Assembly: GCF_000195975.1 (NCBI RefSeq)
Contig: NC_005070.1
Coordinates: forward strand, 1,020,001-1,052,000
DNA length: 32,000 nucleotides
Direction of reading: 5' to 3'
Source: Parasynechococcus marenigrum WH 8102
GTDB taxonomy: Bacteria > Cyanobacteriota > Cyanobacteriia > PCC-6307 > Cyanobiaceae
Shown: piece after piece, positions 28,286-32,000 of the stretch
Position numbering within the stretch: position 1 is the stretch's first letter
Layout of the letters: each line of letters opens with the position of its first letter
The notes under the pieces: generated by a model
Seen by the model: the letters and a program-made list of their open reading frames with translations, nothing else
Told to the model about the DNA's origin: nothing
Databases searched by the model: none
Translations under genes and position numbers: made by a program

Positions 28286-29266
28286 ATGGCCATGTCCACG
28301 CCCAACACCACTGTGGTTCTGCGCCTGCAATTGAGCGCCTCACGCGTTCGGGTCTGGTTGGTCTCGGGGCTCACGCTGCTGGTGGCCTTGGTCGGGCTGA
28401 TCAGCTGCTGGCTGAATCCAGACATTGCTGCACCGCTGCGTCCGGGGCTCGATTTCACCGGGGGAACGCAGATCCAGTTGGAGCGCGACTGCGGAGAGAG
28501 CTGCAGGGATCTGAAGTCCATTGCTGTCTCCAACCCGGTTCAGTCGTTGACACTGCCGGCCGAGGAGGACGACCCTGTCCCCAATCTCCGTTCGGCGCGG
28601 GTGCAATTGCTCGACGGAGGCCAGTCGCTGGTGCTGCGTGTGCCCACGCTGTCGGCTGCTCAGGGTCAGGCCCTGATTGCTGCTGTTGAACAGATTGCCG
28701 GCCCCTTTGTGGCCGGTGGACAGTCCGTCGACACAATCGGTCCGAGCCTGGGGCGTCAGTTGCTGCGCAGCACGCTGATCTCGCTTGTGGTGGCGTTCAG
28801 CGGAATCGCCCTTTACATCTCCTTCCGCTACGACGGCCGCTACGCCTTCCTGGCGCTAGTGGCTCTCGCCCACGACGTTCTCATTGTCGCCGGCGTCTTC
28901 GCCTGGCTGGGGCTGTTGATGCAGCTTGAAGTCGACAGCCTTTTTGCAGTGGCTCTCCTCACCATTGCCGGTTATTCCGTGAACGACACGGTGGTGGTGT
29001 TCGATCGGATTCGGGAGCGTGCCCGTGATGGTGCAGGCCTGGGGCTGTCCGAACAGGTGGATCAGGCGGTGTCGGCAACCCTCACCCGCACCTTTTACAC
29101 CAGCGGGACAACATTGCTGCCACTTCTGGCCCTGATCTTCTTCGGTGGCGCCACCCTTTACTGGTTTGCCATCGCTCTGGCCTTGGGGGTGGTGGTGGGC
29201 AGCTGGTCCAGCATTGCGCTGGCTCCTTCGTTGCTCACGCTGTGGGAGCCCCGTGCCGAAGTCTGA
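28286..29266 (+). CDS. secF: protein translocase subunit SecF
   Basis: GLDFTGGTQIQLE, HDVLIVAGVFAWLG, LLTIAGYSVNDTVVVFDRIRE. Starts 4 nt after the secD stop. Confidence 0.93.
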   Translation: MAMSTPNTTVVLRLQLSASRVRVWLVSGLTLLVALVGLISCWLNPDIAAPLRPGLDFTGGTQIQLERDCGESCRDLKSIAVSNPVQSLTLPAEEDDPVPNLRSARVQLLDGGQSLVLRVPTLSAAQGQALIAAVEQIAGPFVAGGQSVDTIGPSLGRQLLRSTLISLVVAFSGIALYISFRYDGRYAFLALVALAHDVLIVAGVFAWLGLLMQLEVDSLFAVALLTIAGYSVNDTVVVFDRIRERARDGAGLGLSEQVDQAVSATLTRTFYTSGTTLLPLLALIFFGGATLYWFAIALALGVVVGSWSSIALAPSLLTLWEPRAEV

Positions 29267-29471
29267 ACGTCTCCAACCCCAGGCCGTTCGGCGAACAGCG
29301 CGTTGGTGGCCGTTGTTGCTGGTGTTTCTGGCGTTGGCAGACCTGAAAACCGAGATCCTGCTTTTGCTGGATCACTTCACCCTCACCAGTCTGCTGTTTG
29401 CCGTGCGTCATCACGTCCTGGCAGTCGCTGTATTGATGGGATCACCGTCGCTCTGGCGTCGTTATGCCTGA
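29253..29471 (+). CDS. possible small membrane protein (72 aa) overlapping the secF 3' end
   Basis: In-frame GTG at 29253 within track ORF 29145-29471, giving ...RWWPLLLVFLALADLKTEILLLLDHFTLTSLLFAVRHHVLAVAVLMG. Two hydrophobic stretches. No family recognised. Confidence 0.3.
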   Translation: MPKSERLQPQAVRRTARWWPLLLVFLALADLKTEILLLLDHFTLTSLLFAVRHHVLAVAVLMGSPSLWRRYA

Positions 29472-29758
29472 GCGGTCCTCACGCCGAATTCACTCCAGAT
29501 TGACGACCAGATGCGTCGTTTGACCTCATCGTTCCAATGGCCGTCGGAGGCATTGGATGCCCACCAGGATTCGAACAGCTCTTCCGCTTCCTCGTAAAGA
29601 AGGTCGGGGTCAAGGTTTTCGCGTACGAGTTGCAGGACGGCCTGTCTCAGCTCCTCGTAGCGGCTGAAATTGAAGATCACATCCAAGGCAGGCTGTCCGG
29701 GCAGACAAGCACCACCGTATGGGACCGCGGCTCGGCAGAACTCGGCACCAGATCCCAC
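29462..29758 (-). CDS. hypothetical protein (72-98 aa depending on start)
   Basis: GTG-initiated ORF with an internal in-frame GTG giving MIFNFSRYEELRQAVLQLVRENLDPDLLYEEAEELFESWW... Host-like GC. Last ORF before the composition drop. Confidence 0.45.
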   Translation of the reverse strand: MGSGAEFCRAAVPYGGACLPGQPALDVIFNFSRYEELRQAVLQLVRENLDPDLLYEEAEELFESWWASNASDGHWNDEVKRRIWSSIWSEFGVRTAQA

Positions 29759-29797
29759 CCAATTCGGTTAGCGTCTCAACCTCGTCTGATCTGACTC

Positions 29798-30058
29798 ATG
29801 CTGCAAGCTCTGATGTCGCTGGTTCTTGCAGCCGTCATGTGGGTACAGGTCCCCCAATGGGAGAGCGACTGGTCGCAATGTTCGGTCGATGTGCCCGACG
29901 TGGATTGTCATTGGTATGTTGTTGCGCCTGATAACACCTTCGGTGAGGGATTTAGTTGGTCAAATGCACCTTGGTTCAGTGCTGAGGGACTGTTGGATAT
30001 CGGAAACCTAAAAAACACAATGGGCAACATTCACGACGAGGCTGCGGCGCACGTTTGA
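29798..30058 (+). CDS. hypothetical small Trp/Cys-containing protein with hydrophobic N-terminus
   Basis: ATG ORF: MLQALMSLVLAAVMWVQV..., then WESDWSQCSVDVPDVDCHWYVV. Lies in the lower-GC tract. No family recognised. Confidence 0.4.
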   Translation: MLQALMSLVLAAVMWVQVPQWESDWSQCSVDVPDVDCHWYVVAPDNTFGEGFSWSNAPWFSAEGLLDIGNLKNTMGNIHDEAAAHV

Positions 30059-30102
30059 TCTCCACAGTTTAAATGATGTTGGGTTTTGGTATAAGCAATC
30101 AA

Positions 30103-30351
30103 TCAAGCAAATAAGTCCTGTAGCTCATGTCGGCGTGCACGACGGCTTTGAGCTGAATCCAAATGTGATTCATCCTTTCTGGTGACCGTCAAGGAACAGG
30201 CCAGTGCACGAAACGGCCGATGAACACCATCGTCAATCATGGTGCCAATTGAACAGCCATTCGAGAGATGAACAGTCATGGATGAATTCAGGTGCTGCTG
30301 ATGGTCTACGCAAGCCCTAAGCAGACCTGTTGGACGGTTCTCCGAACTCAA
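30103..30351 (-). CDS. hypothetical ORF (82 aa from TTG; 58 aa from the internal ATG)
   Basis: Its TTG start overlaps the stop of the upstream 42-aa ORF (TTGA). There is no motif support and coding is uncertain. Confidence 0.25.
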   Translation of the reverse strand: MSSENRPTGLLRACVDHQQHLNSSMTVHLSNGCSIGTMIDDGVHRPFRALACSLTVTRKDESHLDSAQSRRARRHELQDLFA

Positions 30352-30476
30352 CTCGTTAAGTGGCTGAACACGGCGCCGAGCCGCATGCCCGACTTCTGGT
30401 AACCGGCGATGGCAAGTGCCACGACCGAAAAATTCAGCACGAGGAAGGTTGTGACCAGCTTGATGTCGTCTTTCAT
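30348..30476 (-). CDS. candidate 42-aa single-TM peptide (not in ORF track)
   Basis: My translation is MKDDIKLVTTFLVLNFSVVALAIAGYQKSGMRLGAVFSHLTS*. It is antisense to track ORF 30360-30635, which looks less protein-like. Confidence 0.3.
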   Translation of the reverse strand: MKDDIKLVTTFLVLNFSVVALAIAGYQKSGMRLGAVFSHLTS

Positions 30477-30631
30477 GATGACAACTTGGACGATCGAAGG
30501 CACGATCGTGGCTTAAGTGTTCGATCGGCTACTCGTAGGCAATCTCAGCAGCAGATTGTTGTGGTCCCATTCGCTGGTACCGGAATCACGGCAGGCACGC
30601 CGAAGTCGTTAACGTTTGTAAACATTGAAAA

Positions 30632-30880
30632 TTGATTGCCGTGCTTGGCGCCCTTTTCCCTTTGATTTACGCGGCATTGTTCACTGGTTTGCTGCTTCAG
30701 GCTTTTCGAATGATGAGCATGTCGTCCAACGCTTCGACAGCGTTCAAGAGTGACCGAACAGGCCTACGCACTGTCCATCCTGAATTGTTGGACGACAACG
30801 GCAATGTCACCGATGAAGAACTTTGGTCTGTTCGCTTTCAGGACCTGAAGCAGACAGGTTGGGCACCTGAGGCAAGCTGA
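30632..30880 (+). CDS. small membrane protein (DUF2973-like, from memory)
   Basis: TTG start and an N-terminal TM helix IAVLGALFPLIYAALFTGLLLQAF, followed by HPELLDDNGNVTDEEL, which I recall as the DUF2973 hallmark. Confidence 0.55.
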   Translation: MIAVLGALFPLIYAALFTGLLLQAFRMMSMSSNASTAFKSDRTGLRTVHPELLDDNGNVTDEELWSVRFQDLKQTGWAPEAS

Positions 30881-31060
30881 AACAGGAAAGCCCCTAAATA
30901 CCGTTGGAGCTGCTGCCACTGACCGCGGAGCCGAGAGAGACATCGGTCGCGCCGACGTTTCCCGAGCGATTCGACTCCGCATTCCAAGCCTGACGAATGA
31001 TCTCGATTCAAGCTGCAGACTACGGAATCTTTCTTGTTAGTGGAAGACGATATGAAGGCG

Positions 31061-31100
31061 CAAAAACTGTCCCTAAGGAGTCTTCTGAGGCCATAGGGAC
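31061..31100 (-). terminator. possible intrinsic terminator (minus strand)
   Basis: Stem GTCCCTA (31069-31075) pairs with TAGGGAC (31094-31100), with an 18-nt loop. On the minus strand it is followed by AGTTTTTG (31068-31061). The loop is long, so this is weak. Confidence 0.3.
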
Positions 31101-31573
31101 TGGTTTCTGCCAGCTCCCGAGTCGCTCTCTCGGTGCTGCTGCGACGACCACCCGGTTTCAGGACGGTGTGTTGCAGGTCCCCTTTTTAGGTGGATGCCCC
31201 AGGCCGCGCACGAGATGTTCCAGGGTTTTTTGGGATCAAGGATTTCTTCCATGACGTCTCCCAAAACTTGTGTTTAGGACAACAGACAGCTTGGGGAGTC
31301 GACGTATCAAGGCCAACGTCGTCGTCGGTCGTGACCACGGCAAGCTGTCCATCGTCTGGCACATGTAGCAGTCAGACTCAGCAAGTTTGTGCTGTCTTCT
31401 TGCCTATTTTGGCTTTGGGTTTGCCCTCATAGGTCCGGCTAAGCGCAGGAGGCAACGAAAATCCCGCCATTGCTGACGGGGATGATGAGTGTATGTCGGG
31501 AGATGGATAGCAACAACATCAACGCCCCCTGCTTTTCCCTTGTGGCTCTTGTATTGCTTTCTGCCGATAGGCA

Positions 31574-31960
31574 TCAGGCTTCCCGATCAGTGACTAACGA
31601 GTCGCAGAAAAAATTTGTATTCCTAGTTCTCCCATCTTTTCTGAATACCAACATAGCTCTAGTTGGTGATACTTCTTTCGCGTGAGTGTAGTTGGGATTT
31701 CCTGCGGCTATTGCCTGCGCACGGGCTCGTAGCATGCAAGCAGTAGTTGCTCTACCTGGTCTATTGCCTTCACATGCGGCAAACATAAGTCCCACTACGA
31801 TCCCAACTATCGGACCAAGAATTAGCTGCTGCTTCATCGGCAGTGCGTATGGATTCTTTGGCTTTGATGGCGGCGTAATTTTTGGATGACACTTTGAGCA
31901 TCTTGGGTCTTGCTTATTGCTGAAAGGATATGCGCAGACATCGCATTTGATTATTGCCAT
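31574..31960 (-). CDS. hypothetical zinc-ribbon + single-TM protein (128 aa)
   Basis: CDVC-x11-CSKC at the N-terminus, a Pro/Lys linker and the TM helix LILGPIVGIVVGLMFAAC. The DNA is clearly more AT-rich than the core genes. Confidence 0.5.
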   Translation of the reverse strand: MAIIKCDVCAYPFSNKQDPRCSKCHPKITPPSKPKNPYALPMKQQLILGPIVGIVVGLMFAACEGNRPGRATTACMLRARAQAIAAGNPNYTHAKEVSPTRAMLVFRKDGRTRNTNFFCDSLVTDREA

Positions 31961-32000
31961 GGTTCGACTGATGTGCGAGGTTCTCGCTCCTTCCCAATAC

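Noticed and set aside
26738-28330. 530-aa minus-strand ORF, the longest unexplained ORF in the track
   Set aside because: It is exactly antisense to secD and the start of secF. Its composition is His/Gln/Gly/Arg-rich low complexity with no motifs. This is the typical shadow ORF of GC-rich coding DNA.
30360-30635. 91-aa plus-strand GTG ORF
   Set aside because: It is a charged, low-complexity translation with no start context. The 42-aa TM ORF on the opposite strand and the promoter region of the 30632 gene explain the interval better, although neither is proven.
30914-30920. GCCACTG, a B12-box-like heptamer
   Set aside because: None of the surrounding conserved cobalamin-riboswitch elements are present, so this is a chance heptamer.
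1-32000. Looked for CRISPR arrays, IS or transposase genes, integrases, rRNA and tRNA genes, and HIP1 (GCGATCGC) clustering
   Set aside because: No spaced direct repeats or mobile-element genes were seen. GCGATCGC occurs only sporadically (near 1180, 10560, 17682 and 26945), all within coding DNA and not as an array.

Overview
The window looks like a chromosomal segment of a high-GC marine picocyanobacterium, probably Synechococcus. This is inferred from gene content: PAM68/DUF3464, a lumenal-type pentapeptide-repeat protein and several cyanobacteria-restricted DUF-like small proteins. Most of it is tightly packed housekeeping DNA. In order: a partial ABC exporter, trpD-carA, a STAS protein-mrnC-rlmB cluster, gatA, an uninterrupted dnaE, pam68-rpsO-ruvA, a lipoprotein, an EamA transporter, dnaG, acr3, umuDC, a pentapeptide-hypothetical-rlmH-oxygenase operon, yraN, rsmA(ksgA)-ispE, and pdhB-secD-secF. 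Many junctions use ATGA or TTGA start/stop overlaps and GTG/TTG starts. I found no rRNA, tRNA, CRISPR array, transposase, integrase or recognisable defence gene, and no complete novel multi-gene system that I can defend from sequence alone. The most unusual loci are: (1) a 2OG-Fe(II) oxygenase split by one in-frame TAA; (2) a near-consensus cyanobacterial LexA box in the divergent umuDC promoter; (3) a translationally coupled pair behind an orphan acr3, made of a very acidic 85-aa ORF and a 99-aa ORF; (4) a very Arg-rich ~170-aa N-terminal extension on RlmB; (5) a visibly lower-GC, ORF-poor orphan-gene tract from ~29.8 kb to the window end, which looks like the edge of a variable island; (6) several hydrophobic sub-60-aa ORFs and stem-loop clusters in the longer intergenic regions. 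High GC produces many long antisense or alternate-frame ORFs in the supplied track, which I rejected. All family assignments come from motif recognition by eye or memory and need HMM/BLAST confirmation.
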